A DNA stretch of 64,000 nucleotides from Nocardioidaceae bacterium (lineage in GTDB: Bacteria; Actinomycetota; Actinomycetes; Propionibacteriales; Nocardioidaceae), in assembly GCA_046330515.1 (NCBI GenBank), contig JAXLSP010000006.1, positions 55,068 to 119,067 of the forward strand, written 5' to 3'. The number at the start of each line of letters is the position of its first letter. Position 1 is the first letter of the stretch. Below are positions 19,500 through 29,133 of this stretch, one piece after another. The translations under genes were made by a program, and so were the position numbers. Under the pieces are notes generated by a model. The model was not told the DNA's origin. It worked only from the letters and a program-made list of their open reading frames with translations, and did no database searches.

Positions 19500-21863
19500 A
19501 TGTCAGCTCGCTTTTCGTCGTCCCGTGCCCTCGGCACGCTCCTTCTGGCCGTGGCAACGGCCGTCACGGGGTTCATCACTCTGCCCGCCTCGGGCGCGGC
19601 TCCGGCGGCGATGGCCGCCGGACCGTTCGACCCGGTCATGAGCGGCACCGCGTCGCCCATGTGGCAGACCAACAACAGCGTCAAGACCATCGAGTCCCGC
19701 AACGGCATCGTCTATGCCGGCGGCCTCTTCACCGCGGTCCGCCCGCCGGGTGCCGCCGCAGGCACCAACCAGACCACGCGCACCTATCTCGCGGCGTTCA
19801 ACGCCAACACCGGTGCTCTCGTCACGGGGTTCAACGTCACCCTCAACGGAGCCGTCAACCGGATGGCGTTCTCGCCGGACGGCTCCAAGCTCTACATCGC
19901 CGGCGCCTTCACGACCGTCAACGGCGTGTCGCGCCGCCGGTTCGCCGCCATCAACCTGCCCAGCGGCACCCTCAACACCCAGTTCAACCCGAACTCCGGT
20001 GCGGTCGGCACGGCCATCGCCGCCTACGGCAACCGGGTCTATGTCTCGGGTGACTTCCTCACCATCGGTGGGGTCTCGAAGATGCGCACCGCCATGCTCG
20101 ACGCGACGACCGGTGCCGTGCTGCCCGGCTTCGTGGCCGACATCGACGCGCGTGCCAACATCATCAAGATGGCGCCGGACGGCTCGAGGGTGCTGATGGG
20201 CGGCAACTTCACCACCGTCAACGGCACGTTCATCGGCGGCATGTCCTCGCTCGACCCCGACACCGGGGCGCTGGAGCAGTGGGACGCCAACACCGACCAG
20301 CCGATCAACACCAACTGCTCTGGCCGGGTCTCCGACCTAGTGGTCGGCGGCGACACCGCCTACGTGACCGGCGAGGGCGACCCGCCGGGCTGCTACGAGG
20401 GCACCTACTCCGCGCGCATCAGCGACGGGCACATGAACTGGAACAGCTCGTGCCTCGGCGCCTCGCAGGGCATCGCGCTCATCGGCAACGTCCTCTACAA
20501 GGGCTCGCACGAGCACGACTGCGCGTTCAACCCCGGCGACGCCCGCGGCGGGTTCGTCGGCGGTCTGTCGCGCGAGACGTTCCAGCACTGGCACATGGTC
20601 GCGCAGGACGTGTCCGACGGCTCGTTCCTGCACTGGACCCCCGACACCAACGGTGGCAAGGTCGGCCCGCTCGCGATGGGCACCGACGGCTCGCAGATCT
20701 TCGTGGGCGGCGACTTCCGCCAGGTCGAGGGCGTCAACCAGCAGGGTCTGGCGCGCTTCGCTCCGAACGGCAGCACCGCGACGCCCAAGCGTCCGGGCGT
20801 GTCCTACCTCGGCGACCCCTTCGAGAACGCGACGCCGATCATCGTGTCGAACCTGGCCATCACCGTGCAGCCGACCGCACCCGGGACGCTCTCGGTCGAG
20901 GTGCCGACCGTCGAGGACGTCGACAGCGGCACGCTGACCTACCGGATCTTCCGGGACGGCAGCTCGACGGCGGCCTTCACCACGACGGTGGAGTCCTACC
21001 CGTGGAGCCGCCCGGTCATCCGCTGGAACAACACCGGCCTGGCGCCGGGGTCGACCCACTCCTACCGGGTGAGCGCCAGCGACGGCGTCCGGACCAGTGC
21101 GCTGTCCACGGCCGTGTCCGGGACGGTGGCCACGGTGGCACCGCCGGCCTTCGCCGACTCGATGTCCGGCCTCACGCCCAGCCTGTGGTGGCGGCTCGAC
21201 GACAGCGACGGCACCGCTGCCGACAGTGGCTCGGGCGGCAACCCCGGCTCCTACCAGGGCGGCGTGACGCTGGGCCAGCCCGGCATCGCCGGCAACGCGG
21301 CACCGGAGTTCGACGGTTCGACCGGCTATGTCGCCTCGTCGACGCCGATCGTCGCCCCGTCGGTGTTCTCGATGTCGGCATGGTTCAAGACGTCGTCGAT
21401 CCGGGGCGGCACGATCGTCGCCCAGTCCACGCTGCAGACCGGCCCCGGTGGCACCACCGACCGGCTCATCGCGATGGACAACAACGGCGGCATCGCGTTC
21501 GGCATCCGCTCGGGCCGGCGGGCCATCCTGTTCCGCAACCAGGGCCCGATCTGGAACGACGGCCAGTGGCACCAGGTCGTCCTCACCTATGACGGCAACC
21601 TGACCGCCAACCTCTATGTCGACGGCAAGCTCCAGGGCAGCCCCGTGCTGACCCAGGCGCTGCCGTTGGCGGCCGACGGCTACCTCCGGGTGGGCTACGC
21701 CGACCTGGCCGGCATCCAGCTGGTGTTCGGTCGCAACTACTACAACCGGCACTGGCCGACCAGCGACTACTTCACCGGCAACATCGACGAGGTCGCCTTC
21801 TACCCGACGGCCCTGACGGCCGACCAGGTGCAGGGCATGTACGCCTCCGGGATGACCGGCTGA
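19500..21863 (+). CDS. Secreted protein: beta-propeller-like repeats + FN3-like + LamG (Laminin_G_3 / concanavalin-like) domain
   Basis: ATG at 19500. Signal peptide ends PASGAAPAAMA. Same repeat family as 9704 and 14916. C-terminus WWRLDDSDGTAADSGSGGNPG...FSMSAWFK...NIDEVAFYPTALTADQVQ is typical of LamG_3. Confidence 0.85.
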   Translation: MSARFSSSRALGTLLLAVATAVTGFITLPASGAAPAAMAAGPFDPVMSGTASPMWQTNNSVKTIESRNGIVYAGGLFTAVRPPGAAAGTNQTTRTYLAAFNANTGALVTGFNVTLNGAVNRMAFSPDGSKLYIAGAFTTVNGVSRRRFAAINLPSGTLNTQFNPNSGAVGTAIAAYGNRVYVSGDFLTIGGVSKMRTAMLDATTGAVLPGFVADIDARANIIKMAPDGSRVLMGGNFTTVNGTFIGGMSSLDPDTGALEQWDANTDQPINTNCSGRVSDLVVGGDTAYVTGEGDPPGCYEGTYSARISDGHMNWNSSCLGASQGIALIGNVLYKGSHEHDCAFNPGDARGGFVGGLSRETFQHWHMVAQDVSDGSFLHWTPDTNGGKVGPLAMGTDGSQIFVGGDFRQVEGVNQQGLARFAPNGSTATPKRPGVSYLGDPFENATPIIVSNLAITVQPTAPGTLSVEVPTVEDVDSGTLTYRIFRDGSSTAAFTTTVESYPWSRPVIRWNNTGLAPGSTHSYRVSASDGVRTSALSTAVSGTVATVAPPAFADSMSGLTPSLWWRLDDSDGTAADSGSGGNPGSYQGGVTLGQPGIAGNAAPEFDGSTGYVASSTPIVAPSVFSMSAWFKTSSIRGGTIVAQSTLQTGPGGTTDRLIAMDNNGGIAFGIRSGRRAILFRNQGPIWNDGQWHQVVLTYDGNLTANLYVDGKLQGSPVLTQALPLAADGYLRVGYADLAGIQLVFGRNYYNRHWPTSDYFTGNIDEVAFYPTALTADQVQGMYASGMTG

Positions 21864-21891
21864 CGGATCGCTCCAGCTAGGGTGGGGCATC

Positions 21892-22674
21892 GTGACGACC
21901 AACCACGATGCCCCACCTGCTGCTGCCGCGACGGACGACCACGTCCTCGCCGCCTGGCTCGCGACGAGCGCCGGCCACCGCCTGCTGGAGGTGCGGGAGG
22001 AGGGGCTGGTCGGGCGAGAGCTCAAGGACGCCGGGGACCTGGCGGCCCACGAGCTGCTCATGGACCTGCTCGCCGAGCATCGTCCCGGTGACGCCGTCCT
22101 GTCCGAGGAGGGCAAGGACGACAAGGCCCGCCTGACGGCCGACCGGGTGTGGATCGTCGACCCGCTCGACGGGACCCGGGAGTTCTCCGAGCCGCCCCGC
22201 GACGACTGGGCGGTGCACGTCGCCCTGTGGGAGCGCGGTGAGCTGGTCGCAGGCGCGGTGGCGCAGCCAGCCCTCGGCGAGACCTTCAGCACCGCCTCGC
22301 CGCCCACCCTGCCCCCGCGCACGTCGGCCCGACCGCGCATCGCGGTCTCGCGCACGCGGCCGCCGGCCTTCGTCGAGGCCCTCGCCGCGGAGATCGACGC
22401 CGAGCTCGTGCCGATGGGCTCCGCCGGCGTCAAGGTCATCTCGGTGACGCGCGACGTCACCGACGCCTACGTCCACGCGGGCGGACAGTACGAGTGGGAC
22501 AACGCTGCTCCCGTGGCCGTCGCCCGGGCCGCCGGCCTCTTCTGCTCGCGCGTCGACGGATCCGAGCTGGTCTACAACCAGGAGGACGTGTCCCTGCCCG
22601 ACCTCGTCGTCTGCCGACCGGAGCTGTCCGAGGCCATCCTCGACTTCGTCCGTCGGCACGGGACCGACGCATGA
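21892..22674 (+). CDS. cysQ: 3'(2'),5'-bisphosphate nucleotidase (PAP phosphatase), IMPase superfamily
   Basis: WIVDPLDGTREF, GSAGVKV and YEWDNAAP motifs. Collinear by eye with the M. tuberculosis CysQ sequence as I recall it. Confidence 0.8.
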   Translation: MTTNHDAPPAAAATDDHVLAAWLATSAGHRLLEVREEGLVGRELKDAGDLAAHELLMDLLAEHRPGDAVLSEEGKDDKARLTADRVWIVDPLDGTREFSEPPRDDWAVHVALWERGELVAGAVAQPALGETFSTASPPTLPPRTSARPRIAVSRTRPPAFVEALAAEIDAELVPMGSAGVKVISVTRDVTDAYVHAGGQYEWDNAAPVAVARAAGLFCSRVDGSELVYNQEDVSLPDLVVCRPELSEAILDFVRRHGTDA

Positions 22675-23075
22675 CCAGCCTCGTCTCGCACACGACCGTC
22701 GACTGCGCGAACGCCTTCGAGCTGTCGGAGTGGTGGAAGCAGGTGCTCGGCTACGCCGACCTCGAGGGCGACCCCAACGAGCCGGGGCACGAGGAGTGCA
22801 TGATCCGGGACCCCGAGACCGACCACCAGATCCTGTTCATCGAGGTGCCCGACACCAAGTCGGTCAAGAACCGGCTGCACTTCGACCTGCGCCCTCGCAC
22901 CGGCACCCGCGACGACGAGGTCGAGCGCCTGCTCGCCCTCGGTGCGAGACAGGTGCTCGACATGCGTGGCGAGTTCGGCCCCGGCACCGGCTGGGTCCAG
23001 CTCGCCGACCCCGAGGGCAACGAGTTCTGCGTCCTCCGGTCACCGGACGAGCTGGCCGCGAACCCGCCCGGCTGA
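22671..23075 (+). CDS. VOC/glyoxalase-like (Glyoxalase_6-type) protein
   Basis: ATGA overlap with cysQ. Motifs VDCANAFELSEWW...RLHFDL...LADPEGNEFCV. Confidence 0.7.
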   Translation: MTSLVSHTTVDCANAFELSEWWKQVLGYADLEGDPNEPGHEECMIRDPETDHQILFIEVPDTKSVKNRLHFDLRPRTGTRDDEVERLLALGARQVLDMRGEFGPGTGWVQLADPEGNEFCVLRSPDELAANPPG

Positions 23076-23240
23076 CCCGGTCCCGGCCCCGTCCGGCCCT
23101 CGGCCCGGCCCTCGGCGCGGCCGTCGCGTATCACGAACGCGCGACGACCCTCCTCTTCTGCGTCATCACCCGATGAGACGCCCGTCACTCAAGTGACGGC
23201 ATCGGCTGCCGAACGGAATGAGCAGAAGGGAGGCCCGACC

Positions 23241-23390
23241 ATGTGGGACCACGTCGACGAGCGGCACACGCAGCTCACCCGCGACCGCCCGTGCGTCGCC
23301 TGCGGCCATGCCCTGCACCTGTTCCTGCCGTGCTCGGACACCTGCGACTGCCGGCCCGAGCTGCCCGGTCCGCCCGGGTTCGCCGCCTGA
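23241..23390 (+). CDS. Small (49 aa) Cys-rich hypothetical protein
   Basis: Strong SD GAAGGGAGG 7 nt upstream of the ATG. Cys pattern CxxC...CxxxCxC. No family recognised. Confidence 0.35.
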   Translation: MWDHVDERHTQLTRDRPCVACGHALHLFLPCSDTCDCRPELPGPPGFAA

Positions 23391-23445
23391 CCGGGGTCAC
23401 GCTCGCCACCCGGAACCGGCTCGGCGTCGGGGCCGTCCCACCGGC

Positions 23446-24786
23446 ATGACCGCACGGCTCCACCCTCTCGCCCGACGCGACCTGCTCCGCCTCCTCGTCG
23501 CCACGGCCGCCGCCGGGGGACTGGCCCCGCTCCTCGCCGCCTGCGGGTCCGACCCGGCCGTCAGCGGCTCGGGGGACCTGGACCTCGTCGTCTCCGGCGC
23601 CCGGCGCGAGGACGGCGACCCGGCCGCCGTCGGTGCCGTGGTGGCGGCGATGTCGGCGTTCGCGGGTGACCTCTACGGCCGGCTGGCGGCCGGCGACGGC
23701 AACCTGGCGCTGTCGCCGTACTCCGTCACCGCCGCGCTGGGGATGACGCTCAACGGCGCCGGTGGGCGCACGGCCCAGCAGATGAGCGAGGTCCTCGGCC
23801 TGGGGGACCGGCTGGACCTGGCCGCCTTCAACGCCGGGCTCAACGCCCTCACCGCGTCCGCGGAGTCGCTCGCCGGGCCGGTGCGCCGCGCCGACGGCAG
23901 CGCCGCGACCGTGGACCTGGCCGCCGCCAACCAGCTGTTCGGCGACCGCTCCCTGGCCTGGGCCAAGCCGTTCCTCGACGTGCTCGCGACGCAGTACGGC
24001 GCCGGCATGCGCGTCGTCGACTTCGCCGAGGACACCGAGGCGGCGCGCGGGCTCGTCAACGCGTGGACCGCCGAGCAGACCCACGACCGGATCCCGCAGA
24101 TCATCCCTCCGGGAGTCCTCGACGCCCTCACTCGGCTGGTGCTGGTCAACGCGCTCTATCTCAAGGCGCCGTGGGAGACGCCGTTCGAGAAGGGCTCGAC
24201 CCGTCCCGGCGACTTCCACCGGCTCGACGGGTCGGTCGTGCGGACCGACCTGATGCAGGGGGCGGTGGGTGGCTCGCTGCTGGTCGCGGACGGCTGGCAG
24301 GCGCTCCGGATCCCCTACGCCGGCGGCGCGCTCGCGATGACCGTCGTGCTGCCCGACCGTGGGCGGCTCCCCGCTGTCGAGACCCTCCTGCGCGAGCAGG
24401 GCGTGGCCGGCTTCCTCGCCGACGGGGCCGCCGGTGAGGTGCAGCTGACGCTGCCGTCCTGGACCTTCCGGTCCGACACGCCGCTCGGGGACGTGCTGGT
24501 CGCCCTGGGCATGACCGACGCCTTCGACGCCGAGGCGGCCGACTTCGACCCCATGACCGAGGATCCCAACGGGCTGTTCGTCTCGGCCGTCCTCCACCAG
24601 ACCTTCATCGCCGTCGACGAGGACGGCACCGAGGCGGCGGCGGCTACCGCCGTGGTGATGCAGGACTCGGCGGTCCTGGTCTCCGACCGGCTCGTCGTGG
24701 ACCGGCCGTTCCTGTTCGTGGTCCACGACACCGCGCACGGGACGCCGTACTTCCTCGGACGGGTGCTCGACCCCAGCGCCACGTAG
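23446..24786 (+). CDS. Serpin-family protease inhibitor with Tat-like/lipobox signal
   Basis: RRDLLRLLVATAAAGGLAPLLAACGS signal. Serpin signatures SPYSVTAALGMTLNGAGGRT and VVDRPFLFVVHD...PYFLGRVLDP. Hinge-like segment EDGTEAAAATAVVM. Confidence 0.85.
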   Translation: MTARLHPLARRDLLRLLVATAAAGGLAPLLAACGSDPAVSGSGDLDLVVSGARREDGDPAAVGAVVAAMSAFAGDLYGRLAAGDGNLALSPYSVTAALGMTLNGAGGRTAQQMSEVLGLGDRLDLAAFNAGLNALTASAESLAGPVRRADGSAATVDLAAANQLFGDRSLAWAKPFLDVLATQYGAGMRVVDFAEDTEAARGLVNAWTAEQTHDRIPQIIPPGVLDALTRLVLVNALYLKAPWETPFEKGSTRPGDFHRLDGSVVRTDLMQGAVGGSLLVADGWQALRIPYAGGALAMTVVLPDRGRLPAVETLLREQGVAGFLADGAAGEVQLTLPSWTFRSDTPLGDVLVALGMTDAFDAEAADFDPMTEDPNGLFVSAVLHQTFIAVDEDGTEAAAATAVVMQDSAVLVSDRLVVDRPFLFVVHDTAHGTPYFLGRVLDPSAT

Positions 24787-24862
24787 ACTCGGGAGTCGCA
24801 CGTCACCCCCTGGCCGACGCCGGCAGGGGGCTGTCGTGCTGTCCCCCTCACCAGGAGCCACC

Positions 24863-27800
24863 GTGACCCTGACCGGCCTCACCGCCGCCGTCCTCACCGA
24901 CCCCGTCCTCGCCGAGGCGATGGCCGACGCCCGCTCCGGCCTGCTGCCCGAGCTCGACCTGACCGGGCCCTCGGCCGTCCGGCCGTTCGTGGTCGCGGGC
25001 CTGGTCGAGGCCGGCCGGACGGTCCTCGCCGTCACCGCCACCGCCCGTGAGGCCGAGGACCTGGTCGAGTCGCTCGCGGACCTGGTGGATCCCACGGCGG
25101 TCGCCTACTACCCGAGCTGGGAGACGCTGCCGCACGAGCGGCTGAGCCCGAGGTCCGACACGGTCGGCCGGCGGCTGGCCGTGCTCCGCCGGCTGCGGCA
25201 CCCCGGGTCCGACGCCACGAACGGCCCGGTCAGCGTGGTCGTGGCGCCGGTCCGATCGGTGCTCCAGCCCCAGGTCGCGGGCCTCGGCGACCTCGAGCCC
25301 GTCGAGCTCGAGCCGGGCGACACCGCCCCGCTGGAGGACGTCGTACGGCGCCTCGCCGCCGCGGCCTACACCCGCGTCGACCTGGTCGAGAAGCGCGGCG
25401 AGTTCGCGGTGCGGGGCGGCATCGTCGACGTCTTCCCGCCCACCGAGGAGCACCCGCTGCGCGTGGAGTTCTGGGGCGACGACGTCGAGGAGATCCGCAG
25501 CTTCGCCGTGGCCGACCAGCGCACCCTCGAGTCGGTCGAGCGCCTCTGGGCACCGCCCTGTCGCGAGCTGCTGCTCACCGACGACGTCCGCCGCCGGGCC
25601 GCCGCCCTCGGCCAGGCGCATCCGCAGCTGCTCGAGCTCACCGACCGGATCGCGGCCGGGGTGGCCGTCGAGGGCATGGAGTCGCTGTCGCCGGTGCTCG
25701 TGGACCACATGGAGCTGCTCGTCGACGTCATGCCCGAGGACACCACGGTCGTCGTGCTCGACCCCGAGCGGGCCCGCACGCGTGCCCACGACCTGGTCGC
25801 CACGAGCGAGGAGTTCCTCGGAGCGAGCTGGGCCGCGGCGGCCGGCGGCGGCAAGGCGCCGATCGACCTGGGGGCGGCGTCCTACCGCGGCCTCGGCGAG
25901 GTCCGGGCCCACAGCCTCGCCCACGGCAAGCCGTGGTGGTCGGTCAGCCCGTTCGGCATCGCCGACGACGCGCCCGCCACGACGATCCTCGACGAGGGCG
26001 CGCCCAGCCGGCCGCTCGCGGCGACGCCGACCGAGGAGTACCGCGGCGACCTCGAGGCCGCGGTCCGGGACATGAAGGGCTGGCTCGCCGACGGCTTCCG
26101 CGTCGTCGTCGTCCAGCAGGGGCACGGCACGGCCCAGCGCACCGTCGAGGCGCTGGGGGAGCGCGACGTGGCGGCGCGGCTCGTCGACGCGGTCGCCGAC
26201 GAGCCGGCCGTGGGAGTCGTGACCGTGACGACCGGCTGCCTCCAGCACGGTCTGGTCGACGCCGAGCGCCGCCTGGTCGTGCTGACCGGCGACGACCTCT
26301 CGGGCCAGTCGTCCTCGACGCGCGACATGCGCAAGATGCCGGCGCGGCGCAAGCGGCAGATCGACCCGCTGGAGCTCAAGGCCGGCGACTACGTGGTCCA
26401 CGAGCAGCATGGCGTGGGCAGGTTCGTGGAGATGCGGCAGCGCGAGGTGCACGGAGCTACCCGCGAGTACCTCGTGCTGGAGTACGGCGCCTCCAAGCGC
26501 GGCGGGCCGCCCGACCGGTTGTTCGTGCCCGCCGACTCGCTGGACCAGGTCACCCGCTATGTCGGCGGCGAGCAGCCGTCCCTCGACCGTCTGGGAGGCG
26601 CCGACTGGGCCAAGCGCAAGGGCCGGGCGCGCCGCGCCGTACGCCAGATCGCGGCGGAGCTGATCAAGCTCTACGCAGCCCGGCAGGCCACGCAAGGGTT
26701 CGCCTTCGGGCCGGACACACCGTGGCAGCGCGAGCTCGAGGACGCCTTCCCGTTCACCGAGACGCCCGACCAGCTCACGACCGTCGACGAGGTCAAGGCC
26801 GACATGCGCCGGACCGTGCCGATGGACCGGCTCGTGTGCGGCGACGTGGGCTACGGCAAGACCGAGATCGCCGTACGCGCGGCGTTCAAGGCCGTCCAGG
26901 ACGGCAAGCAGGTCGCGGTCCTCGTGCCCACCACCCTGCTCGTGCAGCAGCACTTCTCGACCTTCGCCGAGCGGATGGGCGCGTTCCCCGTCACCCTCCA
27001 GGCCCTCTCGCGCTTCCAGACCGACAAGGAGGCGCGCGAGGTCATGGAGGGGATGGCCGACGGCTCGGTCGACATCGTCATCGGCACCCACCGGCTGCTC
27101 AACCCCGACGTGCGGTTCAAGAACCTCGGGCTCATCGTCGTGGACGAGGAGCAGCGCTTCGGCGTCGAGCACAAGGAGCAGATGAAGCGGCTGCGCACCT
27201 CCGTCGACGTGCTGTCGATGTCGGCCACCCCGATCCCGCGCACGCTCGAGATGGCGATCACCGGCATCCGGGAGATGTCGACGATCACCACGCCGCCCGA
27301 GGAGCGTCACCCGGTGCTGACCTACGTCGGCGCCTACGAGGACCGGCAGGTCGTCGCCGCCATCCGGCGCGAGCTGCTCCGCGACGGCCAGGTGTTCTTC
27401 ATCCACAACCGGGTGAACTCCATCGAGAAGGCCGCCGCGCGGATCCGCGAGCTGGTCCCGGAGGCGAGGGTCGCCGTGGGCCACGGCCAGATGAGCGAGC
27501 ACCAGCTCGAGCAGGTGATGCTCGACTTCTGGGAGAAGCGCTTCGACGTCCTGGTGTGCACCACCATCGTCGAGTCGGGCCTCGACGTGTCCAACGCCAA
27601 CACGATGATCATCGAGCGGGCCGACATGCTCGGCCTGTCCCAGCTGCACCAGCTCCGCGGCCGGGTCGGCCGGTCCCGCGAGCGGGCCTACGCCTACTTT
27701 CTCTACCCGGCGGAGAAGCCGCTCACCGAGACGGCGCACGAGCGCCTGGCCACGCTGGCCCAGCACTCCGACCTCGGCGGCGGCATGGCGATCGCCATGA

Positions 27801-28408
27801 AGGACCTCGAGATCCGCGGCGCCGGCAACCTGCTCGGCGGCGAGCAGTCGGGCCACATCGCCGACGTCGGCTTCGACCTCTATGTCCGCCTCGTCGGGGA
27901 GGCCGTCTCGGAGTTCCGCGGCGACAAGGAGGAGGAGCTCGCCGAGGTGCGGATCGAGCTGCCCGTCGACGCGCACCTCCCGCACGACTACATCCCCTCC
28001 GAGCGGCTGCGGCTGGAGATCTACAAGCGGCTCGCCGAGGTCCGGACCGACGAGGACGTCGACCAGATCCGCGAGGAGCTCGTCGACCGCTATGGCGAGC
28101 CGCCGCAGGAGGTGGCCTCGCTGCTCCTCGTCGCGCGGTTCCGGGCCCGGGCCCGCCGCGCAGGCGTCGGCGAGGTCACGATCTCCGGGAAGTTCGTGCG
28201 GTTCGCGCCCGTCGAGCTGCCCGACTCGCGCGTCGTACGCCTCCAGCGGCTCTATCCCAAGAGCGTCGTCAAGGCGCCCGTGCGCACCATCCTGGTGCCC
28301 CGCCCCCACACCGGAGGGGTCGGGGGGCATCCGGTCGCGGGCATCGCCCTGCTTGAATGGGCCCGGACGGTTCTCGACTCCGTCATCGACCCCGAGGAGC
28401 ATTCGTGA
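24863..28408 (+). CDS. mfd: Transcription-repair coupling factor
   Basis: GTG at 24863 with AGGAG 5 nt upstream (the ORF also opens at 24836). CarD-like domain, DEAD/DEAH helicase motifs (GDVGYGKTE, DEEQRFG) and a TRCF C-terminal domain. Confidence 0.95.
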   Translation: MTLTGLTAAVLTDPVLAEAMADARSGLLPELDLTGPSAVRPFVVAGLVEAGRTVLAVTATAREAEDLVESLADLVDPTAVAYYPSWETLPHERLSPRSDTVGRRLAVLRRLRHPGSDATNGPVSVVVAPVRSVLQPQVAGLGDLEPVELEPGDTAPLEDVVRRLAAAAYTRVDLVEKRGEFAVRGGIVDVFPPTEEHPLRVEFWGDDVEEIRSFAVADQRTLESVERLWAPPCRELLLTDDVRRRAAALGQAHPQLLELTDRIAAGVAVEGMESLSPVLVDHMELLVDVMPEDTTVVVLDPERARTRAHDLVATSEEFLGASWAAAAGGGKAPIDLGAASYRGLGEVRAHSLAHGKPWWSVSPFGIADDAPATTILDEGAPSRPLAATPTEEYRGDLEAAVRDMKGWLADGFRVVVVQQGHGTAQRTVEALGERDVAARLVDAVADEPAVGVVTVTTGCLQHGLVDAERRLVVLTGDDLSGQSSSTRDMRKMPARRKRQIDPLELKAGDYVVHEQHGVGRFVEMRQREVHGATREYLVLEYGASKRGGPPDRLFVPADSLDQVTRYVGGEQPSLDRLGGADWAKRKGRARRAVRQIAAELIKLYAARQATQGFAFGPDTPWQRELEDAFPFTETPDQLTTVDEVKADMRRTVPMDRLVCGDVGYGKTEIAVRAAFKAVQDGKQVAVLVPTTLLVQQHFSTFAERMGAFPVTLQALSRFQTDKEAREVMEGMADGSVDIVIGTHRLLNPDVRFKNLGLIVVDEEQRFGVEHKEQMKRLRTSVDVLSMSATPIPRTLEMAITGIREMSTITTPPEERHPVLTYVGAYEDRQVVAAIRRELLRDGQVFFIHNRVNSIEKAAARIRELVPEARVAVGHGQMSEHQLEQVMLDFWEKRFDVLVCTTIVESGLDVSNANTMIIERADMLGLSQLHQLRGRVGRSRERAYAYFLYPAEKPLTETAHERLATLAQHSDLGGGMAIAMKDLEIRGAGNLLGGEQSGHIADVGFDLYVRLVGEAVSEFRGDKEEELAEVRIELPVDAHLPHDYIPSERLRLEIYKRLAEVRTDEDVDQIREELVDRYGEPPQEVASLLLVARFRARARRAGVGEVTISGKFVRFAPVELPDSRVVRLQRLYPKSVVKAPVRTILVPRPHTGGVGGHPVAGIALLEWARTVLDSVIDPEEHS

Positions 28409-29133
28409 CCACCACTCGCCGCCGCCTGACCTCGACCCCCGCCGCGCGACTCCGCTCGCTCGGCGTCGTCGGCGCCGCGTCGTTGCTGATGCTGACCGGC
28501 TGCTCCGGGTGGCACCCGGGCGTGGCGGCCGATGTCAACGGCACCACGATCTCGGTGTCCGAGGTCGACCAGCTGGCCGACAGCTTCTGCACCGGCTACA
28601 AGCCGCAGCTCGGCAGCACGGGCGCGAGCGGCCAGGTGCCCGGCGCCCTGTCGCTGAGCTCGCTGCGCGTCGGCGTGCTCCAGCAGCTGGTCGCGCGCGA
28701 GGTCGCCGACGAGGTCGGCCGCGACTTCGACGTCACCCCCGGCGTCACCTACAAGCGCGCCGTGCAGAGCGCACGGGCCGCGGCGGCGGCCGTGCCCGAG
28801 GCCGTGCGCGACGACTTCGTCGACGTGCAGACGACCGGCGACTACATCAGCGACATCGTCACCCAGGCCGCGCAGAAGGACCTGGTCGCCTCGGGGACGG
28901 CGAACCCGACCCAGCAGCAGATCAGCGACCACGCGTCCGAGATGTTCGCGGCCTACCTCGACAAGGCCGACATCGAGATCGACCCCCGCTTCGGCATGGG
29001 GTCCGACCTCCAGGCCAAGGACGGCAGCGTCTCCTTCGCGGTGAGCAAGGTCGCCACCGGAGGCGAGAAGTCGGCGGACGACGACGAGGCCTACGCCCAG
29101 TCGCTGCCGGCGTCCCTGCGCTGCGAGAAGTGA
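28405..29133 (+). CDS. Lipoprotein, SurA N-terminal-domain-like
   Basis: GTGA overlap with the mfd stop. Lipobox LMLTGCSG. The family call is weak. Confidence 0.55.
   Translation: MTTTRRRLTSTPAARLRSLGVVGAASLLMLTGCSGWHPGVAADVNGTTISVSEVDQLADSFCTGYKPQLGSTGASGQVPGALSLSSLRVGVLQQLVAREVADEVGRDFDVTPGVTYKRAVQSARAAAAAVPEAVRDDFVDVQTTGDYISDIVTQAAQKDLVASGTANPTQQQISDHASEMFAAYLDKADIEIDPRFGMGSDLQAKDGSVSFAVSKVATGGEKSADDDEAYAQSLPASLRCEK

Noticed and set aside
24848-28402. 1184-aa minus-strand ORF antisense to mfd (plus the alternative-frame ORF 25933..28356)
   Set aside because: mfd is unambiguous on the plus strand. These are GC-driven open frames with no motifs.
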